Source of the DNA: Marsupella aquatica
Lineage: Eukaryota > Plantae > Marchantiophyta
Direction of reading: 5' to 3'
DNA length: 64,000 nucleotides
Assembly (NCBI GenBank): GCA_973895155.1
Contig: OZ316893.1
Coordinates: 21,746,955 to 21,810,954, forward strand
Made by a program: the position numbers and the translations under genes. Below are positions 44,081 through 57,229 of the stretch, one piece after another. The notes beneath the pieces were generated by a model. The model ran no database searches, had not been told where the DNA came from, and was given only the letters and a program-made list of their open reading frames with translations. Numbering within the stretch: position 1 is the first letter of the stretch; every line of letters begins with the position of its first letter.

Positions 44081-46498
44081 AAGGGCATAGAGGAGGGCAA
44101 GGGGATTGCTATCCTGTCAAAGTTGGGTTAGAACATGCAACTGGATGTTAATTTGAGTGACGAGCCTCAATGCTCATTGTTTGAATGTTATTGAAATGAT
44201 GACCATTTATGTCTTCATTTTAACATACATCATTCTCTCGATGAACATCAATTTTTCCATGCACAAATTTTTTTCTGGGGTCCTAGAGTCACGGTCTAGA
44301 GGCTTTACTCTAGAAGCCTAGACCCCAACACTAGCTTCCCTTTGCGCTTTATAAGTAAGATTTGTTTTTAATTCAATCAAGGAATAGTAACTAAGGGATG
44401 TTGAATTGAGAATCATGGATGTTGGGGAAAGACATAATGTGAGGCCTTGGAGGGAATTGTGCTCTCGAATGTCACAACCAATACAAACGTTTGCTGATGT
44501 TTGCTTGGACAATCCAAGTGACAATTGGGGTATAAGTTAAAACCCTGTCATTCAGAGAATTGCTCCATGAAGGCCTCAAAGCAAACTTTGTCCTTCATGA
44601 GACATCTTTCTTTCAAATTTACTTGATGGGTGCTACTGAAAGCAACTAGTAAGGATATTCCAAGGAGTAAGAATCAAGTAAGTTTGAAAAAAAAAACTCA
44701 CCCATCAAGGTTTAACTTTGGTTTTAGACCCAATCAAGTACATCTCTCCCCTATCACTAGACCTGCCATAAAATTTGAATTTTGAGGTTAATCCTTGGTG
44801 GGTGCTTTTTACCCTCTTCCTCCTCATACAAATTAGAAAATAGTTGTCTAAAAACATGGCCAGTTCAGACCTGTTTCCTTAACATATTAGCCTGACTATA
44901 GCTGCTCCCGCCTATCCACAGGAAGGGCTCCCCTTACCTAGACTCTCCATGCTCGGCCCTACTCATAAGGATAGCCTAACTATCAAATTTTCTGTTGGCA
45001 GAAAATTATGGCCTAGACTCCCCATGCCCAGCCCTACTTGCAAGGATAGTCTAGATATCAAAATTTTCTGTTAACATAATTCCACCATAGATTTTGAGTG
45101 CAAATTATAATATAGATGTGTGGGGTACAGAGCACCTAAACCAATGATCTTTAGCCGGAGCTAACTCTAACATCAGGAGTAACCATGCTAGAAAAACCAT
45201 GTTTCAGAATTGTTGCACTCCAACCTCCCAAACATTAGAAATCTAGGGACCTCTGGTTGATCACATGTGATGGATGATGGGTGTGCAAGCTAAGAATGAT
45301 GCTATGGTTTAGAACAACTCAATTTGGGAGCACCTTTCAAAATTGGAATATAAATTTTACTGGATGACTTCCTCACAGCTGAAAGGTTGCTACATCTTTC
45401 CATCATGCAGAATCCACCATACATATATTACACAAGAGACGTCAATTGTCTCAAGACACTTTGATGATTAGACAAACCAGCCTGACTACACAAGTTTTTC
45501 TCAGGCCCACAGCTGCCTTCCCCACCTGTTGCCTAACCCTGAAACTTGCCACCACCCAAGTCGAGGTCTAGAGACTTCACTCTAGACCATAGGCTCCAGA
45601 GTGTAGTTTTTGATTGCAAATTATTACTTAGATTCTTGAATGATCTAGACCACAGGTTCAAGAGTGTAGCTTTTGAGCGCACATAATTAATTAGATTCTT
45701 AAATGACCTTTCTCACTTTTGAGCACAAATTATTAATTAGATTCTTAAACCACAACTGCCCTTCAAAAGTTACCCGTAGTTCCCATTAAAAGAAGGTTTT
45801 TCCTGAAATTGTGGAGCAAACTCGCATGCTAGTGGAGAACAATGATTGAAATGTGAAAAAAGGGGGAGGTCTTGGACACTTCCCCTTATATAGGGGAAGT
45901 TGTGGTTTAAATGACCTTTCTCACGGTCGAAAATTTGATTCGTCTATTGAAAATGCGCAATCCCCATATTTATGTACTCAAGAACAGTCTGATATTGGAA
46001 CCAGACTGGTTCTACTTTGTGAAACTTGGTTCTCTCCACAGGTGGATGGTGAGATATGGCCCCACTGCTGCAATAGAAAACCTGCTTACCGTCCTGAATG
46101 TACTGGCTCTGTTGCAAACGTAGCATCACAAAGGAGCTCCCAGAGCCTGACATTGTGATGGAGGCAACCAGGGACATATAGGTACCACTCAAACTTGTAA
46201 ATAAATGCCATCACCCATGGAGCATCCAGGCTTTATATCTTCGAAGAACCCTGTTCCCCCTCAAAGAAATTTGCCTCCCAGAATTTACATGCCAAGTGAA
46301 TACCATAGCGAGAATCAGGGTCAGGTTCGCACATTACACTGTGCAAAAAGTTAATATTTTTCTTTTCAAATTATAGTGCATTGCCATAAATAAATAATTT
46401 CTCTAGATTCCATTATTTTCCTTTATAAACAATGAGCGGCCTGAGGTCCTACAGTTACTTCTGTGCTTTTGTGAAGCTGAGAAGCGCCTCTGCAAACA

Positions 46499-49171
46499 CT
46501 ACATGCAGGGCAACTGCTTCAGTCCTGTTTGAAGAACTGCCTCCCCAAATTTCACATGCAGAGCGTGGCTAGCCTGTCAAGATGGAACAACCATTAGAGC
46601 ATGAATTTACAACTGACTAGGATGAACTACTGAAAGGCCATAGTGCACATTTCCTTCCTTACTGTTTGTCGTCGAACTTCATGATCAAGCTAAACCCTGG
46701 AAACCACCAGACCCTCAACAATAAACGGAGAAAATATTTGGAAGCGTGTTCTTCTTTCTGACATAACAAAGATGAATGACTGTATCATCAGATGAACAAA
46801 GTCGGTGAATGCCCAGGTACAAGGGGACTACCTTATAAGCTATTATATGGGCCACTGGCAAACCAGGATGGCCTTTGTACGCACAGAGAGCCAAGTCACC
46901 AATTAGATCCAGCAGTTTATGACGACATGGCTCGTCTGAAAACCGAAGAGGAGGGTTCAGCCAACCCTTTTCCACGCTGCACGTAATGCATAGGCAACGT
47001 CATTTGAGACAGAAAAAGCATAACCTCTTTTGAGTGAAGCAGAATTGAATTCAGACAATATGTACAGTCACGCAGCATCTGTTCTACTTTTTTAGCGGTG
47101 TGCACAATATAGACGGAGCCAGAGAATGAGGACAGCAACATAAACCTAGGGAAATTAGATGCACCTGCAAACAAGAGCGTTCTCCAATGAACCACCTTTG
47201 ATGAGACCAGCAGCTTGTAGTTGATTAATCTGCATGCATGTCCCTATACATTTGTTGGACTTGATCAAGGCTGCATTCATTAGACCAAAAACTCTCATAC
47301 TGACACCATATAGAGAATAGGATCGCTGTTCTTCCATGTATTGCAATGACATTTTCATCCCATCGTTTCAGAGAGACTTCCCGTGGTCGGGATCAAGTTC
47401 TACATGGTCCAGTTGGTCCGACCTCTAGACCTCAATCACACTCAAGTTTCAATTCGAGGTACAGTACTCAGTCAAAGAGAAATTTAGAAGAAAGGGACCT
47501 GTTCATATATGCCAAAAGTACGGGCTGGTGCAACCTCCTTTGCGTATGCCGTAATGTCATCTGGCGACCAGGTGAACCACTGCTGTCTGATAGCTTGCAC
47601 CTACCAACAGGAACCGTAGTTTCAGCTGGGCAATCTGGTTGAATGGCATAACCTTCAAGAACTTCGAGCTAGTAGTCCCGAAATGTTTATTAACGATATC
47701 TATTAGGATCAATGATGGTAAACATGTTCCCTTGCTTAGCACACGCTTCCGGAAAATCACGCCTAGGCCAGATCAATTGACGCTTTACTTAAAGGGTGAG
47801 TGGTATGACGAATTCAGACTCTTCATATAAGTGTAAAACGTTATAACCCATAGACAAGTCAATCTAAAAAGGGAAGTTGCTAAGAACAAGGGATTTTGAA
47901 AACCTCTACGTCACGAAATCAATAACCCAACCTATCCATCAGGTACTCAGACGCTGATTCATTGCTCCCAGAAACACTTGATATCGGATATCGAAGCTAA
48001 GACATACTCGAACTGCACATCAACCACTGGCCAGTCGCTCTTTCGTCAGTCTCTGGCGAGGACAACACAGGCATGTAGAGTATGAAACCTGGGAAAAGTC
48101 AATGCCGTAGGTAATACGTGTGGTTGAAGCTGGGAAGCCTGCAACAAAGGAATCCCCATGCCAAACTGAAACAGGTTCCGTCAATGCAATTGACCTTCTA
48201 CAAATACGAGAGCCCTCCCGATCCTCTGCAACAGAAAGGCCTGAATGCTGAATGGCTTTAACCCACTCCAACGCCGACCCATCCAAAAGAGGTACCTGTC
48301 AGAAGCCAAGTTCAGTTTTCAAGAGCAGAAAGGAAAGCTGCAAAGCATGGACACTGCAGTTCTGACTCCATCACATTAGCTTAACATACAACGACACGGG
48401 TGCATCTCCTAGCCGAGAAATCTAGGACAACTAGCTGCACACAACGGTATCAGCAATGCAAAGAACAAACAAAAGTCGTCATACCTCCCTCCCATTTCTG
48501 ATCTCAATGCGGCAATTGTCGACCCCAAGCGCTTCTAGAGCAGACAGCAAGTGCTCCACGGTTCGGATGCTCAAGTTCCCCCTTCCCAGACAAGTGCTGA
48601 GAGTTGTCTCTCTGACATAATCCAGCATTGCCGGAATCCTGCAACTCTCACTCTCCTCGGTGACCCCAACAACAAAATACCTTCCATCCCCTGCAGCAGC
48701 GGGTAATAACCTCAATTCTGCAGTTTCTCCGAAATGCAGACCCACGCCAACCCTTGTCACAGGCTTCCGCAGAGTCAGCTGTGGTTTTCCTGTCTGCATA
48801 TACCATTCCAGGGAAATGTGAGCGACGACGGCAGTTCCCCTTTGAATAAGGACCACCCAATTAGGGCCGGGAAAATATGCGTGCACTTAGTGAGGAACGA
48901 GAATAAATACCTCCACACTCCGCAGGGCACCCAAAGATGCAGAAGAACTGCAAGTGAAGGGAGAATCCACAGCAGCACCAAGCAGACCGTTGTCGAGAGA
49001 CGAAGAAGAAGAGGCAGCAGATTCTGCAAGGCTCCCGAGGGCCCTCCTACTGCTCAACGACAAAGGAGTGGTGGCCGCCAAGCTGCTCTCTCTTCCCACC
49101 GTCCACAGCGCGTGGGGATGGTGAAGGATGAGCTGCTGCAATGCGGGCAACAAGCCGCAGCCCCTCCTCAT
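46499..49171 (-). CDS. LpxC: UDP-3-O-acyl-N-acetylglucosamine deacetylase, plant organelle-targeted (7 exons, ~387 aa)
   Basis: Exons 49171-48911, 48793-48485, 48295-48089, 47600-47499, 47229-47165, 46976-46832, 46573-46499, phase-consistent. Motifs QLTL...[57 protein letters not shown]; Arg/Ser/Ala-rich N-terminal extension. Exon 1 boundary is the least certain. Confidence 0.93.
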
Positions 49172-49589
49172 GCTTTCGATCGAGAGATTGAAAGGAGCTG
49201 TGGTGGGGATTTAAGGCTTAAGGAAGAACACAATTTTGGACGAGCGCAGGTGACAGCTATCCTCATCGTAAATTCATCGACATAGACGTGAAAGTGAACG
49301 CGATTTTTGTTGAATTCAGTGCGAAATCACAGAGCTCGAGGTGGGGGACACATTTTCGCATAAATCAATCTGTCGACAGCACACATTCGAAGCCACTAGT
49401 GTCACTCGAGAGTCCTGGTGTTGTACCCAACTGTTAAGGGTCGGGTTTCATGGCAGGGAGTAGGGGGTACGCACACCCCCTCTCTTCCCCCCTGGTCCCA
49501 AGGTGTACCATAGTGCCAAACTCTTGGTTTAAGATTCCAAACCTCAAAACACTTAATATATTGAGACTAGCTCAATATCCGTGCATTTG

Positions 49590-50540
49590 CACAAAAGATG
49601 TAGTGCAAAAAAAATTTGTGTCGCTCAAGATGTCGTTAAAAGAAAGATGTAGTGGCACCCAACATGTTGTTAAGAAAGAGATGTCATTGCACCCAAGATG
49701 TTGTGGCACCCAAGATGTTGTGGCACCCAAGATGTCGTTAAGATTGAGAAAAGATGTTGTGTTTCCCAAGATGTCGTTATGTGAAAGATGTCATGAAGTA
49801 AAAAGATATCGTCAAGTAAATAGATGTCGTGTCACCAGTGATGTCGTTATGCCAAAAAATGTTGTTAAATATAAAGATGTTATTAAGTACAAAATGGTCA
49901 ATAAGTAAAGTATATCGTTAGGCAAAAACTTTCAGAAGTAAAAGATGCGGGAAAAGATGTTGTTAAATAAGTACATCTTGGGCCAGATACTTGTGCTTTG
50001 CACAATAGATGTTGAGGTAAGAAAATATGTCAAGGTGAAAAAAGATTTCAATGAGAGAAGAACATGTCGAGGTCAGAAAAGTGGGGAGAAAAGTATGTCA
50101 AGGAGAGAAAAGATGTTGAGGTGACAAAAATGATGTCAAGATGAGGAAAATATGTTGAGGAGAGAAAGAATGTGGAGGGTGAGGGAAAGATGTCATGGTG
50201 AGATAAAGATGGCAAGGTGAAAAAAAGATGGTAAAATGAGAAAAAGATAATATATATTTTGAGGTGAGACAAGATCTCAAGATGACGAAAATATGTCAAG
50301 ATGAGAAAAGATCTTGAGCCCAATTATCTTGAGGTGAAAAAAGATCTCAAGGTGAGGAAAAGATGTAAGATGAGAAAAAGATCTTGAAATAAAATGTCTT
50401 GGTGAAGTAAAGATGTCAACATAGGAAAAAGATGGTGAAATGAGAAAAAGATATCAAAGAAAGAAAAAATGTTTGAGGAGAGCTATACATGTAAACATTA
50501 GAAAAATACGACTTGTGAAGGTGAGAAAAGATGTCAAGGC
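49590..50540. repeat. ~950-bp degenerate array of ~17-20-bp units built on AAGATGTYG / GTGAGAAAAGATGTCAAG
   Basis: Dozens of AAGATGT-type cores, strongly purine-skewed on the + strand. Confidence 0.8.
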
Positions 50541-51384
50541 ACGCACGTCCAAAAATAATAAACTTTACAATGTAGTTGTTTAGACATGTTATGTGTGATC
50601 CTGACCATACAATAGTCGTGGTTGTGTTATTTCACCCGTGCATTGCATATAGAAATTGGAGACATGAGATAATGACCACTGCATTATAGTGGCCAAGAAT
50701 AATTGAGTGACAGGAAAACCTGTATTTTTTAAAAATTGGAAAAAAAATCAAAATATTTTATTTATATTCAAAATTATTTCAAATTTTTCCAATAGTTTAA
50801 TCTTATTTATATATGAATAAAATTGAATTAGTTTTAAATTATGTATTCATTGTGAAGTATGGGAAGGAAAAGGGTATTTTGGGCAGGAACTTATTTTAGA
50901 AGGGGTGTATGGATAGATCTGATGGTATGAAGAAAAGAATATTTTGATGAACTGTCAAGATTTATTCTTGCTTTCGTTAGTTTGTAAAGGGACTCCATAT
51001 GTATTATAATGGTACATGGTAAAGGGAGGTCTCCTTGATCTGTGTGCATTGCTAAAGTCAATATCTGTCCATATATTTTGTATTGTTAGATTTCTTTGTG
51101 CCTGGAAATAGTGCCCTCCAATTCATTCACACTATATCAAGATTTTTTTTATGTTCCGATCATCCCTATGTATATGCTCAATGGCGCTTTCCGCCTCTAC
51201 TTATTTCATTAGTGCGTTTAGTGTTACCACCCTCGTGTCGGCTATATTCATTTTTCTTTTTTTCTTTTTTGAGTTCTCATTGGTTAGATTCTTTCCTATT
51301 TCTGGGAGGCCCCACTGCAATTTGGAAGACGACCATACTATAAAAGGGCACTATAAGTGTTTATTATAGAAGTTAATTCAATAG

Positions 51385-53150
51385 CAGAGAGCAACCCAAG
51401 TTCAGGAGGACTATTTGTAAAACCAGAGAGAGATACTAAGCAAAATTGAGGAATCGTGTTACTTACCAAGACTGCGAGCTTGTGACTTGACATCATCCTC
51501 ACCTTCCTCCGGCTCACCGATAGTTGCTATATCTTTGCGTAGCTGAATAAAAAAAATTCATCTGATCTGGTCCTGCTTTAGGTACGCATGGTTTTTCAAT
51601 GCCATTTTGGAGATATTGTGGAATGAAAATAGCCATGCATTGTTACTCCTGCAACAAGCTAGTCATCGGCTACATTAAGCCTACATGGTCTTCATGGTTC
51701 TGCACACAGGTGCCCATATATATCAAGTTAGCACGATAGCAATATTTGTTGACATTAATTATGAGGAAACTATTAATCAGACCAATACATCCGGCACAGC
51801 AAAGTCAAACGAGATTGAATTTAATGGAAAAATATATATCCAGAACCATTCAATATGCTTAGGAAGGTATATTTAGGCTAAAGCAAGGGTAGCAACCATA
51901 GATTGACATTTTCAGCAGATATATATATATATTGAGATTCACTAGCAAAAACTAACCCAAGGTCAGGAGGACAATTTGTAAAATTAAACCAGAGAGAGAT
52001 GCCAAGCAACATTGATTAATCGTGTTGCTTACCAAGACTGTGAGCTTGTGACTTGACTTTATCCTCACCTTCCTCTTGCTTAACATTGGTAGTTGGGTAG
52101 CTCAATAAGAAATTTTGATCCTCACTGGTCCTGGGTAGGCGTTATATATTATATTTGCGTAGCTTAATAAGAAATTTAGATCTGCATTAATCCTGTTTCA
52201 GGTACGCATTGATGGTTGCCAATGCCATTTTGGAGATATTGTGGAAAGACAATAGCCATGCACTATTACTCCTGAAGCAAATAAGCTAGTCATCAGCTAC
52301 ATTAAGCCTACTGACATTGTCTTCATAGTTCTGCACACAAGCACCCATGTATGTCAAGCGAGCACAAAATAAATTTTGAATTTAATTTGATGTAATCTTC
52401 TAAAAAGACCAATACATCCAACACAACACAAAAGAGATTGAACACGTAGCCATATATTGAAGAGATTAATGGAAAAGAAATATTTCCGCAATAATTCAAT
52501 ATGCTTACAAAGGATAGGTTGAAGCAAGAGTGGCAACAATAGATCCCGACAATAGATCCACATTTCTGGCATATATTGAAATTCACTAGCAAAGAGCAAC
52601 CCAAGTTTAGGAAGGCGATACCAGAGAGAGATGCCAAGCAAGATTGAGGAATTGTGTTGCTTACCAAGACGACGAGCTTGTTCTAGGTATGCATGGTTTC
52701 CAATGTCATTTTGGAGATACTACAGAAAGACAGCCATGCATTGTTATTCCTACAACAAGCTAGTTAGCTAGTCATTGGGTTACATTAAAGATACATGGAC
52801 TTCATGGTTCTGCACACAAGCACCCATAAATATCAAGTTAGCAAGAGAGCAATGTTGACAATGTTGCTAGAATATACCCCGGAATATATGAACGAATGGG
52901 ACTAACGAATTGACCAATACATCCAGCACAAAGGAGATTGAACACACAACGTACCATATGTTGAAGAGACTCAATGAAAAACAAACATTCTAGAACAATC
53001 CAATATGCTTACGAAGGATAGCTAGGCTGAAGCAAGAGTGGCAACAATAGATCGACATTTTCCGTATATATTGAGAAATTCAAGTTCAGAAAGGCTATTG
53101 AAATTCCAGAGAGGCCAAACAACATTGAGGAATCGTGCTACTTACCAAGA
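51385..53150. repeat. Tandem array of 3 full and 1 partial ~500-640-bp units
   Basis: CCAGAGAGAGAT.C.AAGCAA.ATTGAGGAATCGTGTT.CTTACCAAGACT and ATAGCCATGCA.T.TTACTCCTG...GTTCTGCACACA recur; units start near 51387, 51950, 52593 and 53085. Confidence 0.85.
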
Positions 53151-56100
53151 CCACAAGCATTTTGTCCTAGGCAAAACCAAGTACAATAGAGTGGAAATTT
53201 TGACTTATGCTATACTTCATGAGAACACACAATTGATAATCAAAAGCCTATAGCTAGATCGGAGAGAATGAACTTACTAGCTCAACTCAATTCTGACCAT
53301 TATAACAACACATTTTACCAATCAAAGGTGTATAGTAGACAGGACATTACGGGCTCAATGCAATGTTGACGGTCAGTACAACTACACATGTTAAGATCAA
53401 TCCTGTTATCAATATGTAGAGGAACTTACAAGCTCAACCCAATTCTTACCACTACAACCAATTCTGAATGACACAATTCTGAATAGTACAACTACAGTGT
53501 CCAATGACCAGCATAACTATATTTTATAACACAATTCCGACCAATTTCACAACACAATTTTGACCATGTACAAGGCCACACTTTTTGACGCAATTCGGAC
53601 CATTACAATGACACATTTAACGAGCAAAAGCAATGTACAACAAACAAGACCATAATTATAGAGTACTTACAAGCTATAATAAATAAAAATGTATAGGCTC
53701 GGCACAACTGAGCATCATTCTGGCGCTCGTATTGCAAGGCTATTAAATCATGAGAATACCAAGGTAGTCCAGAATATTATGAGCAACTACGAAGTTATTC
53801 CTTATTGCTTCAAAAGTAATGTGAATTTAGCACATAATGCACTTTAGTACAGCCAATTACACATAAAACATAATTACTCAATCATGTACAGTTCATGATT
53901 TCAAACCTTGTATGGCTATTAGATTATGTGAATACCAAACTAGTCTAAATTAATACATGCAACTAGCTATTACAATAGTTATTTGGACCTATATCTTATT
54001 TCTTATTGCCTCAAAATATTAGTTTAACACATAACACAAAATTACTCAATGAGAGTTTCTCAATTGCTTTATTTTTCTTTTGTTTATTATATAGGGATGT
54101 ATTAATTGATAGTTATATCCAATTCATCACAATTGAATGAGGCACATGGATGTGGGTATGCAAGGGATTATGATTCGTTAGCAAACCATGGATGAAGCGG
54201 TGGGAGTAATGAGGGATTTCTGATTATGGGTTATCAAATTATGGACAAACCTTAACAATTGATATAGATGTGGTTGGAGTAAGAAAGATTAATGTCCACT
54301 TGGATGGCAGACGTGTTACTTTGAGGATTGAACCAGGAAGTATTGGGCGCTCTTAACCATAATTGATGCCCTTGGAATACATATCATAATTAAAAATGCA
54401 ATCGAGTAGCTCAATAAATTGCCAAAAAAATCCAAATCATCAACAACTGCACATGAATGATGTGAGGGGAGTAGGAAAGAATCAAAGTCTGACACCAACT
54501 TGGACAGCATTAGTTGCCTGATGTCTTTTCTTACGGACCCCCATGAGAAGTCCTTGCAAATTTCCTAGCACAACATTTACCACATCAGCACAACCAGCCA
54601 CAAACAAGAACATATGTGTTTCCAAATTAAAATAATTCCTTTTGTGCTTGTGGCAAGTTTTGGGTAAAATTTAGGGTGTCATATCGTAAAACAAAATGTA
54701 ATTTTATTTTACTAACCATTTTAGTTACTTTTAATTCTTATTAAGGAATTATTAAGTAAAAACATAAGATAAATGATAAATAGTTGAATTTGCTCAGTCT
54801 GTTTATGAAGAATTTGAGCCTGCAGATTGTCATACATCTTGAGGCATGCCTTCACCATCATCTCTCTAATGAACATGAATGTGATATGATCTAACACGGA
54901 TGGTTTTCCATCAGTGCTTAGAAAAACAAGCAGTGACATCATTTTCCCTTGAATCCCCTCGGTGTCAAAGAAGAGACCCATATGTGTGAGCATATACAAT
55001 ATGCCATGGTCAAACCATAGCATCTTTGAGTCACATCTCTGGACGACAGGCAATCCCGTTTAAAGAAGGGGCGATGCTAGTTCCACATCTTGGACGGGTG
55101 TGATTCATCCTGAGGTGATCTTGTGTTGAGGTCTAATCTCACACGTACCAGTGCTGGTTCCCCCAACTATATTTCCCAACTGCAAAAGTTTTCATAGGCC
55201 ATGAGCCCCCTCATATATCTTTTAGATGGGGAGTCCGTTGCTAGGGCCTGGATTTATGCTTCAGAGACCGTAGCCCATTGTCGCCACATGTCCAATGCAA
55301 CGGGTGCCAACATGTTCAGATTCGGTACTTCCCAAGCTCTTATGTCATGTCGTGACAACTCTCATTCATAGTTCTTGGGTGGAAAGACAAGAATGTCTTG
55401 GTCTCCTCCATCCAGCAGATGCTTCATTGCTGCTTTTTGTGAGGCATCCAGGCCACCGCAGAGATGTGTCGTTGCACCATAGGTTGGTCTTCCCTGCGAT
55501 AGAAGTGCATTCTAAATAATGGATTCTGTTGCAATTGGGATGCCATCTCCAGCACAGAAGCAATCACAGGGGTTATAGGGATCTCATATGGATGATGAAT
55601 AGCTATAGCTATTCAATTGGCCGTTTCTTTAGCAGATGAGTACTCGCAATTGTCATGTTCCAGCATGCTAGCTAGTGATTCTGACTATGATGTGAGTTTT
55701 TGCATAGCTTGCTCATTAAGCTTACGAGCATCCAGATCAGCAAGAATGCATAATTTGTTGATTCCCAAAGTGCTAAGAATATAGTGTTGTGGGCCTCCCT
55801 TGGCTTTGGCCACTACGGCTGAGTCAAATGCTTGAATGAATTGATGGATTTCCATAGATTTGATAGTTGATAGCACTGTAACTTGTATCCCTATGTGCAT
55901 AAGCTTGGGGAGTGTCTCTTCTTACCCAAGAAGTCGTAGCTCATTGAGCTAGCAATGCTATGTTCAATTATGAGTAGCAACGTTCGTAACATTTGGATTT
56001 CCCAAGGCCAATCGGGAAAGTGGGTCACGAGAGAGAGAGAAATCAAATAAACATATCATAATAGATATCACACCCCAACATACAGTCAGGTCCAAGTGTT

Positions 56101-56452
56101 ACTTCGTTGTAGTACATCATACCTATTTCACATTCTAGTGCCCTATTGACATTCAGGCTGCATATCGAACGACGGGTATGGTCCGCTCGATTCAAGGGGG
56201 CGATCTGGGCCGTGGACATTAACTTTTTGAATAAATGGTCCTCGTTTGTTCGATCTGACGGCTTTAGCGTGAGTCCAGACAGGATGAGGTTTGGGCCGCC
56301 GATTGCTCTTGGAGTATCCACGGACCTGCATGTTTTGTGTTGCTCGTAAATTTGGTTTTACCAATGGTGGATGGAATTTTGGGTTGAAGTGCCCCCCCCC
56401 CCATTTTCTATATTTCCTTCTATAAGTCATCGGAATGGCATTCAATGTTGTT

Positions 56453-57127
56453 TGTAGTGCGAGCGGTCCCAGACTTTGTTTATAAAATATCTGCCTTTTT
56501 GCCTCGTAATCCGCCTATCTCTCTTTTCTTTTCGGCAGTCATCTTTACTTCCGCCTCGCAACGACCTGCATAGGGCCTCCGCAGGCTGCCTATGCATAGG
56601 GCGTCGTGCCCAGAGTGTGTTTACACACTCGACCGGCTGGCTGCCGGTTTCTGGGTCCACATATGGCCCCGATGCATAGACTTAAGGGGAGGCCGGATGT
56701 ATACACTTAAGGGGGGCCACTTCTATTTTATTTTCCCGGATTTCTTTATTACTGCCAACATTAGGCCTTTCTGGAGTTTTTAAGGGTCTTTTCTTTGCCG
56801 ACGGTTTTTCTCTGTGACGATTTTTCTTTGTGTTTACACATTCGACACATTGCTACCTTGCACCGTTTGTTTCCTTTGTGGGTTTCATTTCCTAGCCTTG
56901 GGGCTACCACTCCTTTTTCTTGTCAATTTCTTTCCCATTGGCACCCCGGGTGAGCATGCAGCATGTCAACCGACAAGCCAGGAGGTAGCAGCTCATTGCC
57001 ACCAACACCCAAGTACCACTTACGGAGTGATCCACGACCATTGGTGCCAATTTCATTGGAGTCTTGGCAATTTTGACGACGTCAGCAGACAGCAACAGCA
57101 CCCACACCACGCAACCCTTCTACTACA
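56453..57127 (+). repeat. Putative 5' LTR (~675 bp) followed by a candidate primer-binding site at 57130
   Basis: Begins TGTAGT and ends ACTACA (6-bp terminal inverted repeat, TG...CA); TATAAAA near 56482; TGGCGGTCGCT two nt after the CA; gag ATG at 57230. No second LTR is seen in the window. Confidence 0.5.
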
Positions 57128-57229
57128 TTTGGCGGTCGCTTCACTATAGTTACCCCGAAGCCTGCTATCGCTTCTCTGCCCTTTACTCCTTTTGCATCAG
57201 TGATTGTTTTAGCTTCACTAACATACAAC

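Noticed and set aside
46499-49171. LpxC as bacterial contamination or recent horizontal transfer
   Set aside because: It has six spliceosomal introns and a transit-peptide-like N-terminus; nuclear LpxC genes for lipid A precursor synthesis are established in land plants.
48734-49285. 183-aa plus-strand ORF and similar antisense ORFs over the AKR, F-box and dioxygenase exons
   Set aside because: Shadow frames of real minus-strand exons or GC-rich leaders, with no independent coding evidence.
49450-50323. ORFs 49450-49908 and 50048-50323 as proteins
   Set aside because: They are translations of the AAGATGT repeat field with no recognisable domain.
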